A stretch of DNA of 24,940 nt from Octopus sinensis. Its lineage: Eukaryota. A program made the translations under genes and the position numbers. Each line of letters begins with the position of its first letter. Positions within the stretch are counted from its first letter, which is position 1. The stretch is taken from positions 1 to 24,940 of the forward strand of contig NW_021836225.1 in NCBI RefSeq assembly GCF_006345805.1, read 5' to 3'. The notes beneath the pieces were generated by a model. It did not search any database, was not told the DNA's origin, and worked only from the letters and a program-made list of their open reading frames with translations. Below are positions 10,875-21,260 of this stretch, one piece after another.

Positions 10875-11319
10875 GTAAGTGAAACGTGTCTGTAAATTTT
10901 TAAAAGGACTTCAATAATTAATTATATTTAACTGTAACTTTGTGAAACTTATCATCTAAGAATGTGCTTGGTCGAATCATCAGTGTATGTCAAAAGAAAT
11001 CGAAAACACAGACATTCGTAATAACGTCATTCTCAGAATATTGTGTCCACAGTCAAGGTTTTCACCTGATATACACTGGCGTCTCAGTCCGGGGCGATAT
11101 TCGTGTATTATTTCCTTAAAGTTAGGGAAAAATAGTGATCTAATGGGTTACGAAAATCTGTAAAATTCATGGAAAATATAACTAGGTTAAAAGACGAACC
11201 AGCGAATCGTCCGTTAACCCATGAATTTAGCTTGCTTCAATTTCTCACGGTTCCATGATTGAAAACTGAATTTCTTTCTGGTTGTTTTGATGATCCATTA
11301 TTATGGAGAAGTTATGTTA

Positions 11320-12560
11320 TGTCGAACTTGCAGAACCGTTAGCGCGTTGGACGAAATGCTTAGCGATATTTCGCTACGTTCTGAGTTCAAATTCCACCGA
11401 GGTCGACTTTGCCTTTAATTTTTTCGAGGTCGATAAAATAAGAACCAGTTGAACACTGGGGTCGATGTAATCGACTCATCCCCTCCTTCCCAAATTGTCC
11501 ATGAGGAAAAATTTGAAAACATTATTATGGTGAAGTTAAAATGCTTAGCGGCATTTCGTCCGTCTTGCGGTCTGAGTTCAAATTGTGCCGATTTTGACTT
11601 TGCATTTCATCTTTTCGGTTTGGATAAAACGAGTACCAGTTGAACACTGAGGTCGATTACATCTCCCGAAATTGCTGGCTTTGTGCCAAAATATGTAACT
11701 ATTATTATGGAGAAGTTTGAGGGCGACCAGCTGGCAGAATCGTTGGAGTGTCGAAAAAAAAAGCTTTCTGGCATTTGTTCCGACTCTACCTTCTGAGTTC
11801 AAAACCCACTGAGGTTAACTTAGCATTTTACCCATTCGAGGTCAATAAAATAACGTACCAGCCAAATACTTGTGTTGGGGGCAGTGGTTAACCACTCCAC
11901 TCAAAATTGTCGGCCTTGTCCCCAAATTAGAAATATTTTGAGAACAGTGAGTTGTTCTGGTTCTTTACATTCTGAGTTCCGAAGTTAACTTTGTCTTTCA
12001 TCCTTCCGGAGCCAAAAGAAAAAAAAAAACGAAAAATACCAGCCTTGTATGTGGGTCGATGGTAATTACTAACCATCTAAGGCGGCGAGCTGGCAGAAAC
12101 GTTAGCACGCCGGGCGAAATGCTTTGTGGTATTTCGTCCTCCGCTGCGTTCTGAGTTCAAATTCCGCCGAGGTCAACTTTGCCTTTCATCCTTTCGGTGT
12201 CGATTAAATAAGTACCAGTTACGCACTGGGGTCGATATAATCGACTTAATCCGTTTGTCTGTCCTTGTTTGCCTCCTCTGTGTTTAGCCCCTTGTGGGTA
12301 GTAAAGAAATAGGTATTTCATCTGTCGTTACGTTCTGAGTTCAAACTCCGCTGAGGTCGACTTTGCCTTTCATCCTTTTGTGGGCGATTAAATAAGTACC
12401 AGTTACGCACTGGGGTCGATATCCGTTTGTCGATAATCCGTTTGTCTGTCCTTGTTTGTTCCCTCTGTGTTTAGCCCCTTGTGGGTAGTAAAGAAATAGG
12501 TAGTTACTAACCATCTTCGTTAGAAACTGCTGGCCTTGTGCTTAAATTAGAAACCATTAT
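11320..12560 (+). mobile_element. Head-to-tail cluster of four old family-1 SINE copies, the last interrupted by the young dimer
   Basis: Repeated GAGTTCAAA / GAGGTCGACTTTGC / GTCGATAAAATAAGTACCAG / GGCCTTGTG motifs at ~11320-11520, 11539-11700, 11719-11935, and 11955-12078 plus 12517-12560. Confidence 0.8.
12079..12498 (+). mobile_element. Young tRNA-derived SINE (family 1), dimeric: head plus two ~184-bp modules
   Basis: Head AAGGCGGCGAGCTGGCAGAAACGTTAG (A-box-like) and GAGTTCAAATTCC (B-box-like). Modules 12128-12311 and 12312-12498. 18-bp TSD GGTA(A/G)TTACTAACCATCT at 12061-12078 and 12499-12516. Confidence 0.9.
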
Positions 12561-13119
12561 TATGTAGGAGTTCTAAAGTTGATCTTGGTTAAATGAAAAC
12601 CTGTTTTGCTTGTCCGTTATCTCTGAACACCTATTTTAACACGCCTCGTGTTATCTGCTCTTTTTCCTCGTTAATGAAGTCAGCTAGATTAACCTTCTCC
12701 CCTTCCACCCACAAATCTCTTTTTTCACATCTAACATCACTTCCTCTCTCTCTCTCTCTCTCTCTGTCTTAACCTTTCCCTCTCTTTCTCCTTTTTTTTT
12801 GCTTTTCTTTTCTTTATATTGCTTCTGGAATTTACACTCTCCCTTTTTTGGATTCCTTTGAAGAATTTTTTTTATTTTAGCTCAGAATACACCAAAAATT
12901 CCTGAAAGAGGAAGAAAATATCTGAAGACCTTATCTAACTAACGACAACAAAAAATAACAACAACAACAACAACAACTCCATAGTAAAAAAAAAAAGAAC
13001 AAGAAGCAGAAAATAAGCGAAGTATTAGTTTAAATACGAAAACAAAACTGACTAAACACAAAACAAATAACTACTAAACAAGATTATTAAATAAACAACA
13101 AACTACAATAATACGATCG

Positions 13120-13151
13120 CTACTACAAATAATAATAACAACAACAACAAC

Positions 13152-13191
<40 letters not shown>

Positions 13192-13320
13192 TAATAATAA
13201 TAATATAATAATAATAATAAAAGTAATAATAATGATAATAATAATGATAATAATGATAATAATAATAATAATAATGATAATAATAAAAGTAATAATAATA
13301 ATAATAAAAATAATACTGAT
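13120..13320. repeat. (AAT)n/(AAC)n microsatellite
   Basis: Directly visible. Confidence 0.95.
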
Positions 13321-13850
13321 AGTAATGGAAATCTGTAAGATACTTTGTTTGCAGACGGTTTTGAAACGTGCTGCCCGAAACTTTACACACTTTCCGACAT
13401 ATGGCTTGTATTTCTAAGCAGTTGATTAACAAGTGACAGGATCCCTCTAACACCCTACAGGTTTACCCTTCCGTTTGACTCCCAACTGTTTTACTTTTTT
13501 CAATGAAATTCTTCATCATTGGATAGGGATGGTATCTGGCACGGGTACTCTTGTTTCTTTTAACGCTTGCTAATAATTACCTAGCAAAGTGGGGCCACGC
13601 ACGATATAAAAATAACCCTTAATTAAATAACCTGATAACGGTTTGTTATTCTAATTAACACCCGGCAAGAAATATAAACGGGTGGGGTATCCTCTTAGCT
13701 AATTACCACACATCGTAGTGTTAACCATTATTAATAGTTTTTTGATATACTCTAAAACATTGCACGAGCTTCAAGAAATAGTAGCAAAATAACCCTCTTG
13801 TCACGCACAGACCGTCTATTAAATAGGAAGGACGCATTAGATGATATATT

Positions 13851-14097
13851 ATCTTTTACTTGATCCAGCCATTGGACTGCGGCCATGCTGGTACACCGCC
13901 TTGATGGGTTTTTGTTGGAAAAGTTGACCCCTCCAACTACTTATGTTTATTGTTTTGTTTTATTTTTATATAGTTTAAGTCTGGTTCTAATACTATCTTC
14001 ACCTTTGCTGAACTGCTATGTTACGGGGACGTTAACGAAACAACACCGGTTGTCAAGCGGTGGGTGGGTGATAATCAAACACATACACACGCACAGA
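13851..14097 (-). mobile_element. Degraded 3' part of SINE family 2
   Basis: TGGACTGCGGCCATGCTGG, TTACGGGGACGTTAAC, CCGGTTGTCAAGCG. Confidence 0.65.
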
Positions 14098-14384
14098 GTA
14101 TTTCAGTATTTTACAGTTCCCTTCTTCAATCAAAATACAATTGAAATACTGCATACATACCTAACTGGTGGCGGGTTGATTGATATAACCATATGGTTCA
14201 GCGCTACCCGTTAAAAAGTCACCGTTTACAGAATGAGGATAACAACGTAGCTTTCGCGCCCATGCAACCGCCAGTCTACCGCGTCCGGTGGGTGGATCTT
14301 CAAGTTGCCACACGCATTCTTAGTAGCTTAGAGTAGGCTCGAATTAGAGATTATTCTTTGTGGCCTATGGTGTGAGTTCTGATT

Positions 14385-14483
14385 AGAAGAAGAAGAAGAA
14401 GAAAAAGGAGAAGAAGAAGAAGAAGAAGAAGAAGAAGAAGAAGAAGAAGAAGAAGAAGAAGAAGAAGAAGAAGAAGAAGAAGA
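14385..14483. repeat. (GAA)n tract with one interruption
   Basis: Directly visible; interrupted at ~14401-14409. Confidence 0.95.
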
Positions 14484-14546
14484 CAATAGCAACAGAACTA
14501 GCAGTAGTAGCAACAAAGAGAAGACAACTACTACAGCAACAATACC

Positions 14547-14960
14547 TATTTCTTTACTACCCAAAAGGGACTAAACACAGAGAGGACAAACAAGGACAGA
14601 CAAACGGATTAAGTCGATTATATCGACCCCAGTGCGTAACTATTACTTATTTAATCGACCCCGAAAGGATGAAAGGTAAAGTTGACCTCGGCGGAATTTG
14701 AACTCAAAATGCAGCGGCAGACGAAATACCTATTTCTTTACTACCCACAAGGGGCTAAATACAGAGAGGACAAACAAGGATAGACAAACGGATTAAGTCG
14801 ATTATATCGACCCCAGTGTGTAACTAGTACTTATTTAATCGACCCCGAAAGGATGAAAGGCAAAGTCGACCTCGGCGGAATTTGAACTCACAACGTAACG
14901 ACAGACGAAATACCGCTAAGCATTTCGCCCGGCGTGCTAACGTTTCTGCCAGCTCGCCGC
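14547..14960 (-). mobile_element. Young SINE family 1, dimeric
   Basis: Modules 14731-14914 and 14547-14730 (184 bp each). Perfect 16-bp TSD CTACAGCAACAATACC at 14531-14546 and 14961-14976. Confidence 0.9.
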
Positions 14961-15427
14961 CTACAGCAACAATACCGACAACCATTTCAACAAATACAAC
15001 AGCAAATACAACAACAACATCGACCCAAATTTATCAAGGTTACTTACTACACAAGAGTGTGTGACGCTCATACTTACCGTCAGTTGAATGAGTACAATAA
15101 TGTTATAATCCAGGGCGTGAACTCCACTCATTGGGGTCTTAAACACCACTCAATAGCTTCGGTAGTTCCCTTTCTTTTATTATACAAATATATGTATTCA
15201 AACTAGTATTCTTTAATAAGCATAAATTCCCACAAGCCTACCGAGTTTCTACTCATTGACTCCGAAATGATTAACTCCATGCTTGTCAACTGTCTTTTCA
15301 CACACACTCAAGATTTTTGCATTTCCGTTTCCGGTTTGCTGATTGTTTTGTTTCATTCCATAGAATATTCTGGATCACTCTTTGTCTTATTTATTCTTGT
15401 ATGTACATGTCTATATATTTCTAGGGC

Positions 15428-15476
<49 letters not shown>

Positions 15477-15505
15477 ATGTATGTATGTATGTATGTATGT
15501 ATGTA

Positions 15506-15566
<61 letters not shown>
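15428..15566. repeat. Compound microsatellite (CTGT)n-(ATGT)n-(GT)n
   Basis: Directly visible. Confidence 0.95.
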
Positions 15567-15569
<3 letters not shown>

Positions 15570-15573
15570 TATA

Positions 15574-15750
15574 CTCTTTTACTTGTTTCAGTCATTTGAG
15601 GACCACCTTTAGTCGAGCAAATCGATCCCGGGACTTATTCTTTGTAAGCCCAGTACTTATTCTATCGGTCTCTTTTGCCGAACCGCTAAGTTACGGGGAC
15701 GTAAACACACCAACATCGGTTGTCAAGCAATGCTAGGTAGACAAACACAG

Positions 15751-15781
<31 letters not shown>

Positions 15782-15958
15782 CATACATATATACGGCGGG
15801 CTTCTTTCAGTTTCCGTCTTACAAATCCACTCACAAGGCATTGGTCGGCCCGGGGGCTATAGTAGAAGACACTTGCCCAGGATGCCACGCAGTGGGACTG
15901 AACCCGGAACCATGTGGTTGGTTAGCAAGCTACTTACCACACAGCCACTCCTGCGCCT
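15574..15958 (-). mobile_element. Full-length SINE family 2
   Basis: Near-complete reverse complement of 8477-8888, with a short deletion near the tail. Confidence 0.9.
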
Positions 15959-16170
15959 ATATATAATTGAAAAAAAAACAAAACAAGAAAGAGTACTGCT
16001 GGACATTTATTTTTTAATCACTACAATTGTTTCCACGCAACGTATTTCTCCAGGCGTACAAGTATTTGATTAAGCAACCACTTCCTTCCGTTATGATATC
16101 TAGTCGTGTTTCCTCATGTGATATCTAAATATTGCTTCCATAAGTTCAAAATCCTCAAAGACAATATATA

Positions 16171-16426
16171 CTCTTTTTACTCTTTACTTGTTTCAGTCAT
16201 TTGAAAGTGGCCATGCTGGAGCACCGCCTTTAGTCGAGCAAATCGACCCAGGACTTATTCTTTGTAAGCCGAGTGCTTATTCTATCGGTCTTTTTTGCCG
16301 AACCGCGAAGTTAAACACACCAGCATCGGTTGTCAAGCGATGTTGGGGAGACAAACACGGACACACAAACATACACACACACACACATACACACACAAAC
16401 ACACAGACAGACAGACAGACAGACAG

Positions 16427-16457
<31 letters not shown>

Positions 16458-16616
16458 CATACATATATACGGCGGGCTTCTTTCAGTTTCCATCTACCAA
16501 ATCCATTCACAAGACTTTGGTCGGCCCGAGGCTATAGTAGAAGACACTTACCCAAGGTGCCACGCAATGGGACTGAACCCGGAACCATGTGGTCTGTAAG
16601 CAAGCTACTTACCACA
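16171..16616 (-). mobile_element. SINE family 2, slightly 5'-truncated, expanded internal microsatellite
   Basis: Reverse complement of the family consensus. Internal (CA)n(CAGA)n(TA)n at ~16360-16470. Confidence 0.88.
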
Positions 16617-16794
16617 TCTATCTATCTGCCTGTCTATCTGTCTATATTTTACTCTTACCCTCTATTTAAACGGGTGCTTGTCTATATCTCTGTCTGTTGT
16701 TTCCTCCCTCTCTGTCTGTCTGTCTGTCTGCCTCTCTCTCTCAGCATCTCTTTGCATTATGCATACGGGTATGAATGTACGAACGTATGTACAA

Positions 16795-17051
16795 ACGTTT
16801 GTATGTATGTATGTATGTATGTATGTATGTATGTATGTATGTATGTATGTATGTATGTATGTTTGTATGTATGTATGTATGTATGTACGTAGGTATGTAT
16901 GCATGTATGTTTGTATGTATGTATGTTTGTATGTATGTATGTATGTATGTATGTATGTATGTACGTAGGTATGTATGCACATATGTTTGTATGTATGTAT
17001 ATATGTATGTATGTATATATGTATGTATGTATGTATGACTGTATGTATGTA

Positions 17052-17080
<29 letters not shown>
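16795..17080. repeat. (TATG)n microsatellite ending in (CT)n
   Basis: Directly visible. Confidence 0.95.
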
Positions 17081-17082
<2 letters not shown>

Positions 17083-18280
17083 GTATATCTTTAACTAAAA
17101 GTCTGTTTTATGGAGCTGCACTTTCTGCATTTCAAATAGACTGGCTTTGTATAAAACTGGTCCTGCCTGTTTTAAAACAGTTCCCTTGACCCCTAAAAAA
17201 CATAAATAAATACACATACTAAAGGATATAAAAGGGGCTATTGATTTGACCTTGCACAATGAATTTTCCTAAGCCATCTACATCAATCACTTCCTTTATA
17301 TCCCTGATATTTTTCTGCTCCTTTTATTACCTTTTTATGCCTTTGCTGTCTTACATGTCTTTCGTCATTTCTGTTGTAGTTTGTTTTTCTGTTGCTGTTC
17401 ATTTTTCACCCAGGATTGTTTAACCCTCTCTCCCCCAGACAACCATAATATACAAAATAAGCAAAGAAAAGTAAAACTGAGAGACTCATAGACATGAGTA
17501 AAGCATCAAGCTCAATAGGAAACCGATTGGATAATGTCAAAGCCTGTAAGCTTAATGCAACAACATAGTGACTGCTTCATCGCAGGGGACTCGAACATCG
17601 TAAAGTATAAATAAAATAAAAGACGAAAATACGGAGGGAATAAATAGAAAGAAAATAAAATAAGAAATAAAAAAAGGAAATTAAAAAAAGAGGAGAAAAA
17701 AATAATAAAAAAAAAAGGTGTGGGTGATAAATTCAATTTCTCTTTTGGTAAAAATATCCAAAGTTAGGTAGACAAGTTCAGTCTACTGAACTAACCGGAG
17801 GGTGGTTTGATCGTAAAAATCTCCAACGACTTCATCATAAATATTCTATCTTTTTGTTCGGTAAAAAAGAAATTGAACAAAAAAAAAGAAAAGAAAATAC
17901 CTACAAAAATCAGGGAAAGCGATACAAAAACAAAAAAAGACAAAATGTCGTAAGCGGGAAGAGAAAAAAAGGTAGAAGACGAAGAATGTTTGGGGGAAGA
18001 AGTACTGGGGGTGTGGTGGGGAGGACAGGTCTTTCTCATTAAAGACATAAAATAATGGTTTTCGTCTTGAAGTGCTATGTTAATTTTCCATGAGAATATG
18101 CGCTGGAGTCATTTGTTGACTGGGACCCAAAGCATTACTGGTATTTATTTTATCAGACCCCTGCGAAATGAAAGACGCAGCCGACCTTGATCGAAGAGCG
18201 ATAAATACCAGTAACAATGATAGAAATAATGGCATTTGCTAATATTCCGTACACCTTACCCTTATTTTGAAGGGAACAGA

Positions 18281-18339
<59 letters not shown>

Positions 18340-18351
18340 GAGTCTCTCGTC

Positions 18352-18518
18352 AGGAGTGGCTGTGTAGTAAAAAGCTTGCTTCCAATCCATATGTTTCCCA
18401 ACCACGTGGTTGCTTCCTCACATGGGTTCAATCCGACTGCGTATTCGATAGAATAAGTACTAGGATTACAAAGAATAAGTCCTGGGGTCGATTTGTTCGA
18501 CTAAAGGTGGTGCTCCAG
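18352..18518 (+). mobile_element. SINE family 2 with a large internal deletion
   Basis: Head 18352-18442 joined directly to tail GATAGAATAAGTACTAGG...GGTGCTCCAG. Confidence 0.75.
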
Positions 18519-18720
18519 TACCGGCATGAAGTGTGGCCCTCGAGTGATATCAGTTGGAGACCCCTGGTTTATAGGGCTCAAATGTTCGTGCCTCACATTT
18601 GCTTGCTCTCTACATCAAATCGATGTTGCCTGAACATGTGCACAGTGTATCACACGTCAGGTGTCGAAGTTATCGCATGGGTCTGACTCTATCTGTACAT
18701 AAATGTATCTTTATATAAAT

Positions 18721-18754
<34 letters not shown>

Positions 18755-18764
18755 CTTGATAGTA

Positions 18765-19001
18765 ATGTTAAGACAACAAAAGAATGAAAGAGACCTCGAT
18801 ATTATGTAAATAGAGGAATTTATCTGTAAATATAATAAGTGACAAATTATTCGGTAGCCATGATAAAACTCCGAATTTGGGATGTCAGGGTGGATGGCCC
18901 GATAACTGAAGAGATGCCCGTGCAGGTTTCCGCCTCTACAACCGAAATTCGGAGTTTTATCATGGCTACCGAATAATTGTCACATATTATATTTACAGAT
19001 A
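18765..19001. mobile_element. Two inverted copies of a Penelope-like terminal-repeat fragment
   Basis: Inverted repeat 18821-18878 / 18945-19001 (1 mismatch, 1 indel). CTGAAGA (18906) and GAAA (18944) hammerhead core motifs in the right copy. Confidence 0.6.
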
Positions 19002-19450
19002 TATATATATATATACGTATTTGTATGTGTGCGTGTGTGTATGTGTGCGTGTGTGTGTGTGTCTGATTGCGTTCTGCAAGTGTGCTTATATAGCTGAAGA
19101 TCTCTGTGAGTTCGCATTTATGTACATATATATGTATGCTTACATTTTCGCTTGTGCCTTTTGATCAGTGTATTTTGTGCAAATTTATGTTTAGAAGCGT
19201 GCCTCTCTGTCTCTGTAAATCGGTGATTGTATGTGTATATATTTGCATATGTGTGTATGTATCCGTGCGTTCTTATATTTGAACGAATGTATGTGAATAT
19301 AATAATAATAATAAAAAAATATTCGAATAATTTTAAAGGGTAACGAAATAAACAAATTTTTAACGGATATTGAGTGGAAAATTCTTGGTTTTAGTTTACC
19401 AAACTAAATCCTCTGTTCTAATAAGATACAACACAATAATAACATCTTAC

Positions 19451-19642
19451 CTCACGGTTTCAAGTCTGCGGGGGGGGGGGGGGTAAGGCAGATATCTTGT
19501 ACTTGGTGTACTGTAATTGTTGTTGTTGTTGTTGTTATAATAAGTTCGATGATGGGGGATGTTGTTGGTGGTGACTCGGTGGTAGCTGTCGCAGTGATAG
19601 TAGGTACGATTACGAAACCACCAGTAAGAGAACTGTGATAAT
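19451..19642 (-). other. Candidate antisense exon (192 nt)
   Basis: Minus-strand acceptor tttgcttgtttttgttcatctcttctttag| and donor GAG|gtaaga. Length divisible by 3; the phase-2 frame is open. No recognisable protein. Confidence 0.3.
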
Positions 19643-20604
19643 CTAAAGAAGAGATGAACAAAAACAAGCAAAAGCATCGAGAAAGTCTTATCTCTTGTTA
19701 TCATCAGCTGGTAACCATACTCCTATTTTATGGTCCAGCATCGGTAGGGGTCTATTGTTGTTGGCAATCCCAGAGAAATATTTGATAATATCGTTTATCT
19801 AGATTCAACAAGGATTCGGTTGTTTAAAAGGAAACAAAACAAAACAAGAATAATTGCAAGACAGTAAATAAAAAGAAAATACAATATTATAAGTAAAAGT
19901 AACATAAGCTCTCAATACATCTGGTTGTTTATATTTGAAATGTCCTGGGGAGAATGCGAAAAAATACACCAAAGAGCCAAAAGTTGGGCTAACGAAATGG
20001 CTGCCGTTGAGTCGTGTCTATCTTTTGACGGAGTTGTTGGATGGTTGGAACGTAAAGGGCTGGATGACATTTCTTGCGTTTGTTAAGTACTTAAGATGCG
20101 GTATTATTATTTTATTGAGTTCAAATCCGGCTGTGATCTCTCGTGTCTTCCACTTTTGTGCGTGTGTGCGTGTGTGTGTGTGGGGGGGGTGTCAATGAAT
20201 CGATAATCCTCCTCCTTCTCCTCCTCAATTATTTGGTCCTTTCTGCCAATTCAGAAATTCTATTTCATCTAAAAAAAATATCAAATGTTATACACGGATA
20301 TTTGTAACTCCATAATAAAGGGTAAAAAAAAAAGAGGGAGGCACTGAGTGATTTCGCAATACATATCCGCAGCTTACAGCGTGGTTACTTAAATCGTTCT
20401 GGTGAAAGAAGCCCACTGGTATGGTTCTGTAGAACCTTATCAGTAGAATCGTTTCATATTTTTTTTTTTGTCTGAAATTTCTGTTTATAAAATGTTTCTA
20501 TTGTTATATAGCATTGATACTCTTCAGCGGGCTTTTGCTTTACATTTTTTCTAGGGCCCAGGGACCGAGATCACAACACCTCCCCTGAATGCGATGCCAG
20601 GTAG

Positions 20605-20820
20605 TTATAGGGCTCGATGCCAGTAATTTTGATGGGATTAGGATAGGCCAATCACATAGAGCCTGGATTACATTCAATACTACTTTATTTTATCGACCCC
20701 GAAGGAACGAAATTAAATGCCGATCTCGATGGAATTTGAATTTAGAACGTAAAGAACCGGTAAAAGTGACGCTAAGCATTTCCGTCCGACGTGCTAACGA
20801 TCCCGCCAAACCACCACCTT
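20605..20820 (-). mobile_element. Degraded SINE family 1 copy
   Basis: TTTTATCGACCCCGAAGG, GGAATTTGAA and CGACGTGCTAACGATCCCGCCA match the reverse complement of the family consensus seen elsewhere in the window. Confidence 0.65.
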
Positions 20821-20862
20821 AACCTTTATCACTAATCCATTAATGATATATTCTATGTTTTT

Positions 20863-21260
20863 AAGGCAGCGAGCTGGCAGAAACGTTAGCACGCCGGGCG
20901 AAATGTTTACCGGTATTTCGTCTGCCGTTACGTTCTGAGTTCAAATTCCGCCGAGGTCGACATTGCCTTTCAGCTTTTCGGGGTCGATTAAATAAGTAAT
21001 AGTTACGCACTTGGGTCGATATAATCGACTTAATCCGTTTGTCTGTCCTTGTTTGTCCTCTCTGTGTTTAGCCCCTTGGGGGTAGTAAAGAAATAAGTAT
21101 TTTGTCTGCCGTTACGTTCTGAGTTCAAATTCCGCCGAGGTTGACTTTGCCTTTCTTCCTTTCTGGGTCGATAAATTAAGTACCAGTTGCGTACTGGGGT
21201 CGATCTAATCGATGGGCCTCTTCCCCCAAAATTTCGGGCCTTGTGCCTAGAGTAGAAAAG
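20863..21260 (+). mobile_element. Young SINE family 1, head plus module plus second module with a different tail
   Basis: Head at 20863. First module ends GTAGTAAAGAAATA (~21095). Second restarts AGTATTTTGTCTGCCG and ends CCCCCAAAATTTCGGGCCTTGTGCCTAGAGTAGAAAAG. Confidence 0.88.

Noticed and set aside
12170-12215. Possible HDV-like pseudoknot in the SINE central domain
   Set aside because: I could not build P1.1 or P4 or place a catalytic C; the pairings are short and ambiguous.
12128-12498. Regularly spaced repeats suggesting a CRISPR-like array
   Set aside because: Units are 184-bp SINE modules with no unique spacers, in eukaryotic DNA with no cas genes.
16188-16892. Longest ORF in the track (234 aa)
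   Set aside because: It runs through an antisense SINE and microsatellites; the same peptide recurs at 8418-8864.
17412-17500. Plus-strand acceptors after a long pyrimidine tract (~17290-17445)
   Set aside because: Phase-1 frames stop within 10-17 codons, there is no good donor, and there is no CHRD-domain similarity.
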